Shown here: in pieces, positions 48,791 through 59,330 of the stretch
Numbering within the stretch: position 1 is the stretch's first letter
How the letters are laid out: each line of letters opens with the position of its first letter
Assembly: GCA_965212055.1 (NCBI GenBank)
Contig: OZ243041.1
Span: forward strand, 544,001-608,000
Source: Fidelibacterota bacterium
Lineage (GTDB): Bacteria > Fidelibacterota > Marinisomatia > Marinisomatales > Marinisomataceae
DNA length: 64,000 nt
Direction: 5' to 3'
The notes under the pieces: model-generated
The model's database searches: none
The model's input: the letters and a program-made list of their open reading frames with translations, nothing else
What the model was told of the DNA's origin: nothing
Position numbers and translations under genes: made by a program

Positions 48791-50271
48791 TAACTTAGAA
48801 CAGTAATATAAAAATGAATTGAATTATCAGCCTTGGTAAATAAGATTTTTCTCATAATGAAATTATTATAATCAGTAATCTGATCAATAATTTCATTAGA
48901 AAGCTCTAGCCCATCAATCCTTAAGATTATATTGTCTACTTCTCTATCTAATAGCACTCCATCGATTATCTTAAATTCGATTTCCTCTATATCAAGAATC
49001 CAGTTAAGGAAATTAGAAATTGAAGTAGAATTTTTACTTAATTCAGTAGGCAAATAGGGATCAATCTTATATACAACTTTATTCTTCGACAAATCAATCT
49101 GTTTCACTGCATTGGGGTCAACACCATTTAATAACGATAAAAGGCTTTCATTTCCTTCCGCAGAGACAACTCCATCAACAATACTTAACAGACTAATCGA
49201 ATTACCATACTCAGTAACAATCGAATCAAATACATTGATCATGCTATGTGATTTGGCATTATAAAATTCAAAAGGATTTTCTGTAGGTATCACATCGGTT
49301 ACAACAGGTTCTTCAATCATATCGGAAACCACTTCAGTATTTAATGATTTCAAATCTGTTTTGTTGACAGACCAAAGAAGAAACACTACCAAAATTAATG
49401 TTAAGAATGCGGCAACTATATTTCTAAAATAATTGAAAAAATTGGTTTCTTTTTTCTGTTTAGTAAAAGTTCTTTTTCTTTTATATGCGCTACCATCAAT
49501 AATTTGAATTCCAACTGGGTTAATAAAATTCAAAATTGGAGAAGATGCATCAATTAATTGTGACAGAATTTTTACAACATCTAAATCAGAAAATAAGAGA
49601 TACTTTGAGTTAGATTTTTTGAGTGTTCCTTCTGAAATTTTTTGCAAATCATTTAAGCCTATAATTTTATTAAATGTCTTTTTCCTTCCACCATAAGTAG
49701 CCTTGAAAAAAGAAAACCCTTTCCTTGCATAGTTAAAAATAAGATAGTTTTTTAAAGATTTAACTACTCCATATTGGGTTGTTTTTGTATGAGAAAGTAT
49801 CACACTTGAAAGAGGAACAAGTGCTTTAATATCGATACCAAAATTATTGAAATTGAGCTTAATCTTCTCTTTTAGATAATGATTAATCTCAACCACATGA
49901 ATAAACTTCTTTGATGATTTTCTACTCTCTGCAACATAAAGATAGTCACTCAATAAATCTTTCCACTTGATTTGAAGTTCATTCTTTATCTTCTCAGCTA
50001 ATTTTATATCATCTTTTTCTGGGCTAATAACTAGTGAATGAGATAAAAGTTCATCATTAATGACAATTGAGGCTTCTTGATTCTCCAGTACTATTTTCTC
50101 ATTTAATTCATCCAATGATTGGGCAATAACATTGCTTAATAGTTTCGGGTCATAAATAGTCGATGATAAGGAATGATGAAATTTTACTTTTGATTGAAGA
50201 ATTAGTTTATCTTTTTCAAGATTTCTCTTGAATACGACAAGAGTATTATTATGTACTATAAAGTATAGCAA
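48790..50271 (-). CDS. Bitopic membrane protein, possibly PilM/GspL-like
   Basis: Cytoplasmic N-domain of about 280 aa, single TM (IVAAFLTLILVVFLLW), periplasmic C-domain; family call is inference. Confidence 0.55.
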   Translation of the reverse strand: MLYFIVHNNTLVVFKRNLEKDKLILQSKVKFHHSLSSTIYDPKLLSNVIAQSLDELNEKIVLENQEASIVINDELLSHSLVISPEKDDIKLAEKIKNELQIKWKDLLSDYLYVAESRKSSKKFIHVVEINHYLKEKIKLNFNNFGIDIKALVPLSSVILSHTKTTQYGVVKSLKNYLIFNYARKGFSFFKATYGGRKKTFNKIIGLNDLQKISEGTLKKSNSKYLLFSDLDVVKILSQLIDASSPILNFINPVGIQIIDGSAYKRKRTFTKQKKETNFFNYFRNIVAAFLTLILVVFLLWSVNKTDLKSLNTEVVSDMIEEPVVTDVIPTENPFEFYNAKSHSMINVFDSIVTEYGNSISLLSIVDGVVSAEGNESLLSLLNGVDPNAVKQIDLSKNKVVYKIDPYLPTELSKNSTSISNFLNWILDIEEIEFKIIDGVLLDREVDNIILRIDGLELSNEIIDQITDYNNFIMRKILFTKADNSIHFYITVLS

Positions 50272-50275
50272 TCAA

Positions 50276-51055
50276 CTAGTTATCCCAACTTCTGGTTCCA
50301 TCAATGATATATCCATGGCTTCTAGTTTTTAAAGCAAAGAATCCATATCTATTATCTCTATAAGAACGAATTGGGCTAGAAACTCGTACAGAGTTTGGAC
50401 TAATCTCAATGATATAAGGCTCATCTGTTAATGGGCAATTGAATTGAGAAGAATCAGGGAGAGCAACAAAATTGTATTCTGGGTCTCTTTCTTTTTTAAA
50501 TCTCTTATTAAAATAAGAAACTGTCTCAACACGTTCAAATGTGTTTTCATTAACAACTTTCACAAACAATGGATCTGAAAGCGTATTACTTAAATTCTTT
50601 TTTTGGACATAAACGGTATCTTCTACACCATCTTCAGTAAGCATCAATACTGTAACAGTTGTATCTACCACAGTTTCCTTTGCGACCCTTCTAAGTCCAA
50701 ATGTAGTATCATATTCAACATCAAACCCATTAGGAATATTGACTAAAAATTCTTCCCCACTCAATTTGACCGATTGTTCGCCAAGAAAAAGTGAATCTGC
50801 TGTTAAAGAATCTCTCACAGCATTAACAAGGCGAAGAGCTTTCAATCCATCTTCTTCATATTCACCAACCAAAATATTATAAAAATTCTCGATATTATAC
50901 ACACTCTGCATACGGAATCTGCTCTCATCTTTATAAGCATCTTCTTCTTCCCATATTACACTAGGAACATAAATAACGACCAACATGAGAAGAAAGATAA
51001 AAAAAGTGATTATTTCGAGGTAGTCGTTGAAGAATTTTTGTTTTGTTTTGTCCAT
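50276..51055 (-). CDS. Hypothetical protein with N-terminal TM helix
   Basis: LEIITFFIFLLMLVVIYVP then amphipathic helix; CPLTDEPY; HGYIIDGTRSW. Confidence 0.65.
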   Translation of the reverse strand: MDKTKQKFFNDYLEIITFFIFLLMLVVIYVPSVIWEEEDAYKDESRFRMQSVYNIENFYNILVGEYEEDGLKALRLVNAVRDSLTADSLFLGEQSVKLSGEEFLVNIPNGFDVEYDTTFGLRRVAKETVVDTTVTVLMLTEDGVEDTVYVQKKNLSNTLSDPLFVKVVNENTFERVETVSYFNKRFKKERDPEYNFVALPDSSQFNCPLTDEPYIIEISPNSVRVSSPIRSYRDNRYGFFALKTRSHGYIIDGTRSWDN

Positions 51056-51100
51056 TTTATGTTATCTGAATTTACAATAAATAAGATTCATAGCAAGGCA

Positions 51101-52183
51101 TTAATCGTCAAACTTTTCGAAGATAATGTCCTTACTTGCAGTTATATCATGATAATCTTTTATAATCTTTTTTTCATCAGTAGATAATTTTTTAGGAATA
51201 TCAATTTGAATTTTCACAAGCTGATTTCCCCTACCAGATTTTCTCAATCTCGGAAACCCTTTTCCTCTAATTCTTAGAATCTGCCCTGGTTCAATACCTG
51301 CTGGAATTTTAATACTTGTTTTTCCATTAATTGTTGGGACCTCGATTTTATCTCCAAAAACTGCTTGAGAAAAACCAATTCTTACCTGTAAAAGTAAATC
51401 ATCACCATACCTTGAAAAATGTTCATGTACTTCTTCTTCAAAGAAAACATACAAATCCCCAGAAGTCTTATTAATATCTTCATGTCCTTGTGACTCTAGT
51501 GTCATATAATTACCAGTCTCAACCCCAACTGGAATATTAATTTTGATTGTTTCTTCTACTTTCACCATACCATTCTTATCTGAACCAGACGGTCTATGAT
51601 CAATAACTTTACCATACCCTTTACATTGAGGACAAATTGATGTGGAACGCATTTGACCAAGAAAAGAATTTGTTACTTTCGTTACTTGACCAGATCCTCC
51701 ACACATTGAACAGTTAGTAAACGTAGCATCCTCTGCTAATTTTAATTTTTTTAACTTAATTTTTTTAGAACCACCATTTACAATTTCAGCATATGTAACT
51801 TTAATCTTTACTTTAACATCCCCGCCAGTTTTTGCCCTGGAAGCAACGCTACCACCAGAAAAGAAAGATTCAAAAGGATTATTTCCACCAAAGATATCAC
51901 CAAATTGACTGAAAATATCTTCCATATTCATTGATCTAAATCCTGCCTGTCCACCTCCCATACCATTAAAGGCAGAATGACCAAATTGATTATACTGTTG
52001 TCTTTTAGATGAATCGCTTAGAATAGAATATGCTTCAGCTGCTTCTTTAAACTTTTTCTCAGCTTCTTTGTTATCAGGATTACGATCTGGATGATACTTC
52101 ATAGCAATTTTACGATAGGCACGTTTAATTTCTGTTTCATTTGAATCCTTTGAAACCCCTAATATGTCGTAGTAATCTCTCAT
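51101..52183 (-). CDS. dnaJ: Molecular chaperone DnaJ
   Basis: RDYYDILGV, HPD, G/F region with DIF motifs, two CxxCxGxG. Confidence 0.95.
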   Translation of the reverse strand: MRDYYDILGVSKDSNETEIKRAYRKIAMKYHPDRNPDNKEAEKKFKEAAEAYSILSDSSKRQQYNQFGHSAFNGMGGGQAGFRSMNMEDIFSQFGDIFGGNNPFESFFSGGSVASRAKTGGDVKVKIKVTYAEIVNGGSKKIKLKKLKLAEDATFTNCSMCGGSGQVTKVTNSFLGQMRSTSICPQCKGYGKVIDHRPSGSDKNGMVKVEETIKINIPVGVETGNYMTLESQGHEDINKTSGDLYVFFEEEVHEHFSRYGDDLLLQVRIGFSQAVFGDKIEVPTINGKTSIKIPAGIEPGQILRIRGKGFPRLRKSGRGNQLVKIQIDIPKKLSTDEKKIIKDYHDITASKDIIFEKFDD

Positions 52184-52686
52184 TTTTTATTTACCACTAC
52201 TTTAGCATGTTTAATAATTAAATCTTTATATTTAACTCCCACTTCATAGACTTCTACTATTTCATCGTCTTTCTTTTTTTTGTCGCTTGTCGTTGTCAAT
52301 GCTTCATGTAAATCGGGATCAAAAATATCCCCTTTTTCCCCAAATTCTGTTATCTGTCTTTCTTCCATTTTCTTTAAGAAATCTTTCTGAATGAGAACAA
52401 GTGCGTTTCTAGTATCTTTATCTTTGTATGAATCAATACCACGATTAATTGTATCTAGAATAGATAAAAAATCTAAAATAAAACTCTTACCTTCGTATTT
52501 TAGAATAGATGAGATTTCTGTTTCTTTTCTCTTTCTAAAATTATCGAATTCTGCTCTTAATCTTAATTCTTTATTTTTTAGATCTTGAATAACATTTTCT
52601 AAATCTTTTTTAGTCATTCTTTTCTTTTTTAATGGCTTTTTTTTATCCAAATCACCATTTGATCCGTTCTTTATTTTTTTGCTCAT
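52180..52686 (-). CDS. grpE: Nucleotide exchange factor GrpE
   Basis: LRLRAEFDNFRKR, FDPDLHEA, AKVVV. Confidence 0.93.
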   Translation of the reverse strand: MSKKIKNGSNGDLDKKKPLKKKRMTKKDLENVIQDLKNKELRLRAEFDNFRKRKETEISSILKYEGKSFILDFLSILDTINRGIDSYKDKDTRNALVLIQKDFLKKMEERQITEFGEKGDIFDPDLHEALTTTSDKKKKDDEIVEVYEVGVKYKDLIIKHAKVVVNKK

Positions 52687-53540
52687 ACAAGTATTCTCTT
52701 CATTGATCTACCGGATGCATAAGTGCTTATAATAAGCGATAAAACAATTATCCATGCCCATAAATAATGATCAATTTCTATATTGACACCAAGATAGGAA
52801 TTTATTACTACAAATCCATATTTCACTAGGAAAAATGCAAGCAATGAACCTATGAGAGATTGTAAGAAAGTTTCAATAAAAAATGGGGTTTTTATAAATA
52901 AATTTGAAGCACCATTATATCGAAGGATTTCAATAAAATCCTTTCGATTGGATAAAGATAAATTTGTTGTGTTTCCTATAATCTGGATTGAGATAAATAT
53001 GACTAGGAGCACTAAGACTAAAAAAGCAAAGATAAATAAATTGATTCTACTCTCAATATCATCAATATAATTTCCTTGATAACTTATTTCATCAATCAGT
53101 GCATTTAATTTGTACTCTTCAATGAGTGTATTGACTTGATTAGCATCAAATTCATTCTCTTCTAAATTAACCTTTAGCGAAGTCGGCAAGGGATTATATC
53201 CTAATACTTCTACAATGTCTTCTCCAAATTCGTCATAGAATATCTTTGCGGATTCCTCTTTACCAATAAAATCAACAGATGTTACCAACAAATTATTCGA
53301 GAGTTCATTCTTTAAATCAACAGCTTGATCTAAGCTCGTTTCTGAATTTAAGAAAATCTCAAAAGTATATTTAGACCGGAGGAGATTAACAACATTGTCT
53401 GTATTATATCCCAATACAAAGAAAGTACCCAGTATTGTAAAATTGATAAAAATTGTAACAATACATAGAAAGTTAGTAAGCTTATTCCTAGTAAAGTTTT
53501 TAATCCCTTCAACAAACAAAAATGCTAGCTTATCTATCAT
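52683..53540 (-). CDS. ftsX: Cell division permease FtsX
   Basis: LGYNPLPTSL, ILRYNGASNLFIKTPF; follows ftsE. Confidence 0.9.
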   Translation of the reverse strand: MIDKLAFLFVEGIKNFTRNKLTNFLCIVTIFINFTILGTFFVLGYNTDNVVNLLRSKYTFEIFLNSETSLDQAVDLKNELSNNLLVTSVDFIGKEESAKIFYDEFGEDIVEVLGYNPLPTSLKVNLEENEFDANQVNTLIEEYKLNALIDEISYQGNYIDDIESRINLFIFAFLVLVLLVIFISIQIIGNTTNLSLSNRKDFIEILRYNGASNLFIKTPFFIETFLQSLIGSLLAFFLVKYGFVVINSYLGVNIEIDHYLWAWIIVLSLIISTYASGRSMKRILV

Positions 53541-54190
53541 CCGCTGACTATTCTACCTTCATTTAATTCAATTACTCGATATGTTTTATCAGAAATAAGT
53601 TTATAATTGTGAGTTGCCATAACTACGCATGTCCCCTCTTTATTAATCTGTTCAAATATTTTTAAAATCTTATGTCCCGTAGTAGGATCTAGATTTCCTG
53701 TTGGTTCATCGGCCAATATAATATCAGGATTCTTCACAATTGCACGAGCGATACATACTCGTTGTTGTTCTCCGCCAGATAATTCATCAGGAAATTTCTT
53801 AGAATAATGTGATAGCTCTGTTAAGTCTAATGCTTCTCTGACAAGTTGTTTAATTTTTTTTCTACCAACTCCATTAATATGCAGAGGTAAGGCAATATTC
53901 TCATATACAGTCCTTTGCTTTAAAAGTTTGTAATCTTGAAAAACAACTCCAATTTTCTTTCTTATTTTGTGTATAGAGGATTTTTTAACATTCTTTGAAG
54001 AATAATTTAGAATATTCACCTTTCCTTTATGAGGAAACAAATCAAAATAAAGTAATTTTAATAGTGTAGTTTTCCCAGAACCAGTAGGACCAACAAGAAA
54101 ACAAAATTCGTTATCTTGGATTTCCAAATCAATGTCATAAACCCCCGATTGATGAGAATAATTGTAGGTTATATTTTCAAAATTAATCAT
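53537..54190 (-). CDS. ftsE: Cell division ATP-binding protein FtsE
   Basis: [39 protein letters not shown]. Confidence 0.92.
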   Translation of the reverse strand: MINFENITYNYSHQSGVYDIDLEIQDNEFCFLVGPTGSGKTTLLKLLYFDLFPHKGKVNILNYSSKNVKKSSIHKIRKKIGVVFQDYKLLKQRTVYENIALPLHINGVGRKKIKQLVREALDLTELSHYSKKFPDELSGGEQQRVCIARAIVKNPDIILADEPTGNLDPTTGHKILKIFEQINKEGTCVVMATHNYKLISDKTYRVIELNEGRIVSG

Positions 54191-55113
54191 GAAAACTGTA
54201 AATAAAGGAATATAGTATATAACAATAGAAGAAAAATACCTGAAGATCTATTTAATCCACCAAAAAACAATGATAAAGGCAATAATAGAAATACTAGAAT
54301 CAATCCATAAAATAATTCAAAATTAATATCACTAATAAATTCTATAGGATTGATTAGTGCTACTATTCCTAAAACAAAAACAATATTTAGGATATTTGAA
54401 CCAATAATATTGCCTAATGATATACCTACCTCTTTCTTCGACAAAGCTACCATAGTTACAAAAACTTCTGGAAGAGATGTCCCGATAGCAACAACAGTCA
54501 TACCAATAGCTTCTTCAGACAATCCGGATTCTTTCATTAAGGGGACTGCGCCATTATTAATAAAAAGTTCAGAACCCCAATATAGACACATACCACCGGC
54601 TAATAGTCTTACCAGTGATGGAAAAATGTTTCCAGAAACCTGGGTACCATTGCTAGGTTCAGTATCGATACTGGCTCTAAAGATTCTTCCAAATATGAAA
54701 ACTGAAAAAATAAGGAGCAGACCTAACGAATCTTGAAGCGATATCATATTATCTAAAGAAATAAAATATAAATAAACACATGCTAGTATATTATACACTA
54801 TTACATCTCTAATATGATTTACTTGAAACTTGATGCTATAGAATAAAGCAGGCAACCCTAGAGCTAGACCAATATTTGCAACATTAGATCCTAATACATT
54901 ACCCATTACAAATTCTTGATACCCTCCTAAGGCTGATAGAATACCAACTACTAACTCTGGAAAAGATGTGCCGATTGCAACAACTGTTAATCCAATTACA
55001 AAATCTGAAAATCTTAATTTTCTTGCAATAGCTTTGGCAGCACTAATTAACCATTCTGATCCTACAAATAAGATGGCAGAACCAAGAGCTAAGAAAAATA
55101 AACTAGATGCCAT
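54187..55113 (-). CDS. Calcium/sodium antiporter (YrbG/CaCA family)
   Basis: Two alpha repeats AIGTSFPE / AIGTSLPE and GNVLGSN / GNIIGSN. Confidence 0.92.
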   Translation of the reverse strand: MASSLFFLALGSAILFVGSEWLISAAKAIARKLRFSDFVIGLTVVAIGTSFPELVVGILSALGGYQEFVMGNVLGSNVANIGLALGLPALFYSIKFQVNHIRDVIVYNILACVYLYFISLDNMISLQDSLGLLLIFSVFIFGRIFRASIDTEPSNGTQVSGNIFPSLVRLLAGGMCLYWGSELFINNGAVPLMKESGLSEEAIGMTVVAIGTSLPEVFVTMVALSKKEVGISLGNIIGSNILNIVFVLGIVALINPIEFISDINFELFYGLILVFLLLPLSLFFGGLNRSSGIFLLLLYTIFLYLQFS

Positions 55114-55694
55114 CAGTATAACTCATTTTCATTGATATACTCCCATACCTCTTTTGGAACCATGTATCTAATTGTTTTTCCTTCTCTCCATCTTGCTCTT
55201 ATGTTTGTGGAAGAAACTTCAAACCTTGGGATATTTGCAAAACGTACATTGTCTAATATCCATTGTGGAATATCGCTTGGGGTAAAACCAGGTCGAATAG
55301 CAACAATAATATTACATAATTCCATAATTTTTTCAGGGTCTTTCCAGGTATGAAAACTCCTTAAAGTGTCGCTTCCCATGAGAAAGAATAGATCTTTTTT
55401 ATCTAGATTTAAACTATTTACAAATTCTTCCAATGTATCAATCGTATAACTAACCCCTTCTCTTTTTATTTCTATATCTGAAATCTCAAAATTGGTATTG
55501 TTGATTAAAGACATTTCTAGCATCTTTAACCTTGTTTTAGGTGAGGAACTATCTACATCTTTTTTAGTAGGAGCAATATTAGCAGGAACAAATATCAATC
55601 GTTCAAAATGCTCAGATTCGAAAACTGTTTGTGCAATCAAAAGATGTCCAATATGAGGAGGGTCAAAAGTCCCACCGAAGATGCAAGTTTTCAT
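55113..55694 (-). CDS. nadD: Nicotinate-nucleotide adenylyltransferase
   Basis: FGGTFDPPHIGH, SYTIDT, LMGSD, VSSTNIR. Confidence 0.95.
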   Translation of the reverse strand: MKTCIFGGTFDPPHIGHLLIAQTVFESEHFERLIFVPANIAPTKKDVDSSSPKTRLKMLEMSLINNTNFEISDIEIKREGVSYTIDTLEEFVNSLNLDKKDLFFLMGSDTLRSFHTWKDPEKIMELCNIIVAIRPGFTPSDIPQWILDNVRFANIPRFEVSSTNIRARWREGKTIRYMVPKEVWEYINENELY

Positions 55695-55713
55695 ACTCTA
55701 TCCTTTTATAAAA

Positions 55714-56457
55714 TTATGATGCATTATCTAAAATCTCAGATGCTAATTCTTTGAAATTATCATCCACAAACAATTCATTATTGTCGATTAGTTTTTGTAA
55801 GAAAGTATTTGCTTCATCTTCTTTTTTCAGAAGTACCAAACAACGAATAATCTCTAAATTCGCTTGACTATAATATTCTGTATCATAGTAGTCAGTGGTA
55901 ACTATTCTATACGAGACTAACGCAGAATCATATGCTTTTAACTTAATATATAATTCACCAGTTTCCATATTTTTCCTCGCTAATCTTAATCTGATTTTTT
56001 TAATTAATTTATCTGCATCAACAGAATATTCAGATTGAGGGTAATCATCTAGAAATTGTTGAATTTCTTGTATCGCTTTCGCGCTTGAATCTTGATCATG
56101 ATAATAATTAGGAGAAAGCTCCATAAGAGATTCACAAATTCTCCAACGAGATTTCTCTATATAAGGACTAAAACCCATTCTGGCAACTAGCTTATCATAT
56201 TCAATTAAGGCTAAATCATAATCATTATCTAAAAAATATGATTCAGCAAGAAAAAATAATGCATCATCTCCCAAGTCTGTATGAGATGCTCTTTCAACTA
56301 TAATATTAAATTGTTGAGCAGCGCGACCATATTTTTCTTCTTGGAAGAATACAAGACCTTCATCAAATCTTTGTTTGTAAGGGATATCATCACTGAATGG
56401 ATTGGACAATCCACACCCCACTAAATAAAAAACAGTTAATATAAGAACTAGTCTCAC
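55714..56457 (-). CDS. bamD: Outer membrane protein assembly factor BamD
   Basis: Lipobox LVGC; TPRs; DQDSSAKAIQEIQQFLDDYPQSEY; nadD adjacency. Confidence 0.82.
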   Translation of the reverse strand: MRLVLILTVFYLVGCGLSNPFSDDIPYKQRFDEGLVFFQEEKYGRAAQQFNIIVERASHTDLGDDALFFLAESYFLDNDYDLALIEYDKLVARMGFSPYIEKSRWRICESLMELSPNYYHDQDSSAKAIQEIQQFLDDYPQSEYSVDADKLIKKIRLRLARKNMETGELYIKLKAYDSALVSYRIVTTDYYDTEYYSQANLEIIRCLVLLKKEDEANTFLQKLIDNNELFVDDNFKELASEILDNAS

Positions 56458-56486
56458 TTTAGAAAATATTATGTGTTAAACGATAG

Positions 56487-57422
56487 TTAAAAAGAACCAC
56501 TTAGAGAAAATCTCACCATATTTGAATGTGGATCGAGATCTCCGCCCATAACGTAGCTAACATCAAATCCGACAGGATCTAAACGAGCACCTATACCTAA
56601 AGTAGTATAACTTAACTCACCTGATGGATCATTCATAAATCCAGCTCTTAAAGCAAAGTTTTCTACAAGAAAATACTCGAAACCAAGATTTGTTACCATT
56701 GCTTGGTCATTAACTTCATAATTTAAATCAAATGCTAGATTTCCTGCCCCTTCAAGCATTAATAAACCAATACCAAAACCTAGGCGAGTAGGAAGTGGGT
56801 CTTCTTCTCCGTCACCAAAACTTACACCTGGACCAAGATTGGTTAAAACCGCTCCCATTGTAAGATTTGGATTATTCATAGCATTATGTCTAAAATATCC
56901 TACATCAACGGCGAAGCTTCCGGTAGCTGCATCAATATTACTTAAATCAGCTAATTCTTGATAAAAATATTTACCATTTACTCCCCATGATGAATTATCA
57001 TCAACTTTTTGTGAATAAGATACATTTAATGCATACATGAAACTGGAAAATGAACCAAGCTCATTACCATTATCATCAGTACTGATTTGATCTCCAAGAT
57101 TTAAATAAGTAAAGTGTCCTCCAATTGCAGAATTTTCTTTAAAAGGCATTGCAAATGTGAGAAAATCATAAGCCATATCATCAACTAAATTTGGTAAATA
57201 GCTGGTGTGCATAAATGAAAATTGTTTACTTGATAAATTAGAAAGGCCGGCTGGATTGTAATACGTCGAATAAGCATCATTAGCAACACCAATTTGAGCT
57301 TCTCCCATGCCATTAGCTCTTGCCCCTGGATTGATTGCTAAAAATAAAGATCCCGCTTCTCCTTGAGCCATGATTATTTGTGAAAACAAGAGGAAAGTAA
57401 ATATAGATTTTTTATAACTCAT
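56487..57422 (-). CDS. PorV/PorQ-family outer-membrane beta-barrel
   Basis: FLAINPGARANGMGEA...DAYSTYYNPAGL, NLGP, LPTRLGFG, C-terminal RFSLSGSF. Confidence 0.82.
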   Translation of the reverse strand: MSYKKSIFTFLLFSQIIMAQGEAGSLFLAINPGARANGMGEAQIGVANDAYSTYYNPAGLSNLSSKQFSFMHTSYLPNLVDDMAYDFLTFAMPFKENSAIGGHFTYLNLGDQISTDDNGNELGSFSSFMYALNVSYSQKVDDNSSWGVNGKYFYQELADLSNIDAATGSFAVDVGYFRHNAMNNPNLTMGAVLTNLGPGVSFGDGEEDPLPTRLGFGIGLLMLEGAGNLAFDLNYEVNDQAMVTNLGFEYFLVENFALRAGFMNDPSGELSYTTLGIGARLDPVGFDVSYVMGGDLDPHSNMVRFSLSGSF

Positions 57423-57482
57423 GATGCATTAAGTATAAATAAAATTTAGTAAAAGAACAAATTATTAAAAACATGTTCAATC

Positions 57483-59330
57483 CTACAACATGTTGGCAAC
57501 TTTGACTCCAAGCCTTATAGCTGCTTGGCTTCCTATAAAGAACAAAGGAATATATGTGATAATCAAAACCCCAATCAATCGAATAAAGAAATATGGCATT
57601 GTTGCTTTGTATACCGTTGGCATATCTTTATTAAAGCGATAAGATGATAAGAATAGATTCATTCCTACTGGTGGTGTGATATACCCAAGCTCAAGATTTG
57701 CAATAAAAATAATAGCTAAATGTATAGGGTCAATACCAAAATGTGCCGCCAATGGAGCAATTAAAGGTACTATGACAATAATAGCAGAGAAAACATCCAT
57801 AATGCAACCAGCAATCAATAAGAGAATGTTTAGCGCCAATAAGAATATAAGTTTTGATTCAATTGATTGTTGAGTAAAGTGGAGAATCTTTAACGGAATT
57901 TCAGCGTCTACAAGATATCCAGTAAATCCCATAGCAAATCCCAAAATAATTAATACTCCACCAACAAGTGTTGCACAATCAATCACAATTTTTGGAATAT
58001 CTTTTAGGTTGATATCTTTATAGATATATAACTCAATAAATAAAACATAGACGACTAAGAGTGCTGCACATTCTACAAGCGTTGCAAAACCGCTAAATAA
58101 ACCAAAAACAATCAATATAGGAATAACAATCTCCCATTTTGCAACAGACAAAGCTTTAATAGAATCCTTTAAGCTGAATTTTATTTTTTTCTTTTTGTTT
58201 GGCCTATGATAAAAACCATACAATACGACAACTAATAACAAAAATAGTGCTGGAAGAAATCCTTGTTTAAATAAATCAATAGGATTAATACCAGCTGTTA
58301 CTGAATAGATAATTGCAGGTAAACTTGGAGGAAAAAGTAGCCCTAAAGATCCAGCCGCAGTAACAAGTCCTAAAGAAAACATTTTAGAGTATCCATCTTC
58401 AACTAAAACCGGATACAAAACAGCGCCAAGTGCTAAAATGGTAATACCGGATCCCCCTGTAAGCGCAGTAAAAAATGCACATAGTAATACAACAATCAAT
58501 ACCGTAGAACCAGGTAACCATCCAAACGAAGTCTTAAAAAAATCTAAAAGACGTCTAGAAATGTTGCTTTCAGCAAGAAGATATCCCGCTAATGTAAATA
58601 TAGGAATAGCCGCTAATGTTGGACGAACAACAATACTATAAGCGCTATCGCTAATTGTAGCCATTAAACCAAAGTTTGTAGTCCATTCATTTGGCTCTGA
58701 CAGAAAAAATATTATTGAGAGTGCTGCTAGAACAACAAAAATGGGTAAACCAAATGCTACCAATGCAAGAGTGCATAGAACCTGTATCGTTAAAAGAATT
58801 TCATTTGAATATGGAGACTGCCAATAATAAAAAACTAAAATAGCTAAAAAAGAACAAAAAACTAAGAAGAGACGATAGTTTAATTTGTCACTACTTGTCA
58901 TTATCATGTGATACCAAATTAAAAACAATCCAACCGGAATAATGCTTTGAGCAAACCAAACTGTGATAAATGGAGCAATAAAATCTGGATACTGAATTCC
59001 AATCTGTATCATTTTTAAATAAGAAACAGCAAGAAGAAAAACTACTGAAACCGAAACAGCATGAACTAAAAAATAACCAATATTGAATTCGGGAGATGGT
59101 TTAAACACGGGCTCTCTAACAACCGCTAAAAGCCTATTAGATCGCGCTGCTAAAACTGCTCCCATAAACGCAATCCACAAAGTCATATGTTGTACAATTT
59201 CTTGAGAAGCAGGAATTGAAAAAAAACCAATTGATCGAGACAAAATCTGAAAAATCGGAAAAGTAATTATTATTGAAAAACAAAAATAACAAATAAAGTT
59301 TTCTATCTTGCTAAGAAAATTATTCATCAA
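57483..59330 (-). CDS. TRAP transporter fused small+large permease (DctQM)
   Basis: LAAIPIFTLAG, TGGSG, GSLGLLFPPS, ELGYITPPVGMNLF; DctQ-like N-terminus. Confidence 0.9.
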   Translation of the reverse strand: MMNNFLSKIENFICYFCFSIIITFPIFQILSRSIGFFSIPASQEIVQHMTLWIAFMGAVLAARSNRLLAVVREPVFKPSPEFNIGYFLVHAVSVSVVFLLAVSYLKMIQIGIQYPDFIAPFITVWFAQSIIPVGLFLIWYHMIMTSSDKLNYRLFLVFCSFLAILVFYYWQSPYSNEILLTIQVLCTLALVAFGLPIFVVLAALSIIFFLSEPNEWTTNFGLMATISDSAYSIVVRPTLAAIPIFTLAGYLLAESNISRRLLDFFKTSFGWLPGSTVLIVVLLCAFFTALTGGSGITILALGAVLYPVLVEDGYSKMFSLGLVTAAGSLGLLFPPSLPAIIYSVTAGINPIDLFKQGFLPALFLLLVVVLYGFYHRPNKKKKIKFSLKDSIKALSVAKWEIVIPILIVFGLFSGFATLVECAALLVVYVLFIELYIYKDINLKDIPKIVIDCATLVGGVLIILGFAMGFTGYLVDAEIPLKILHFTQQSIESKLIFLLALNILLLIAGCIMDVFSAIIVIVPLIAPLAAHFGIDPIHLAIIFIANLELGYITPPVGMNLFLSSYRFNKDMPTVYKATMPYFFIRLIGVLIITYIPLFFIGSQAAIRLGVKVANML

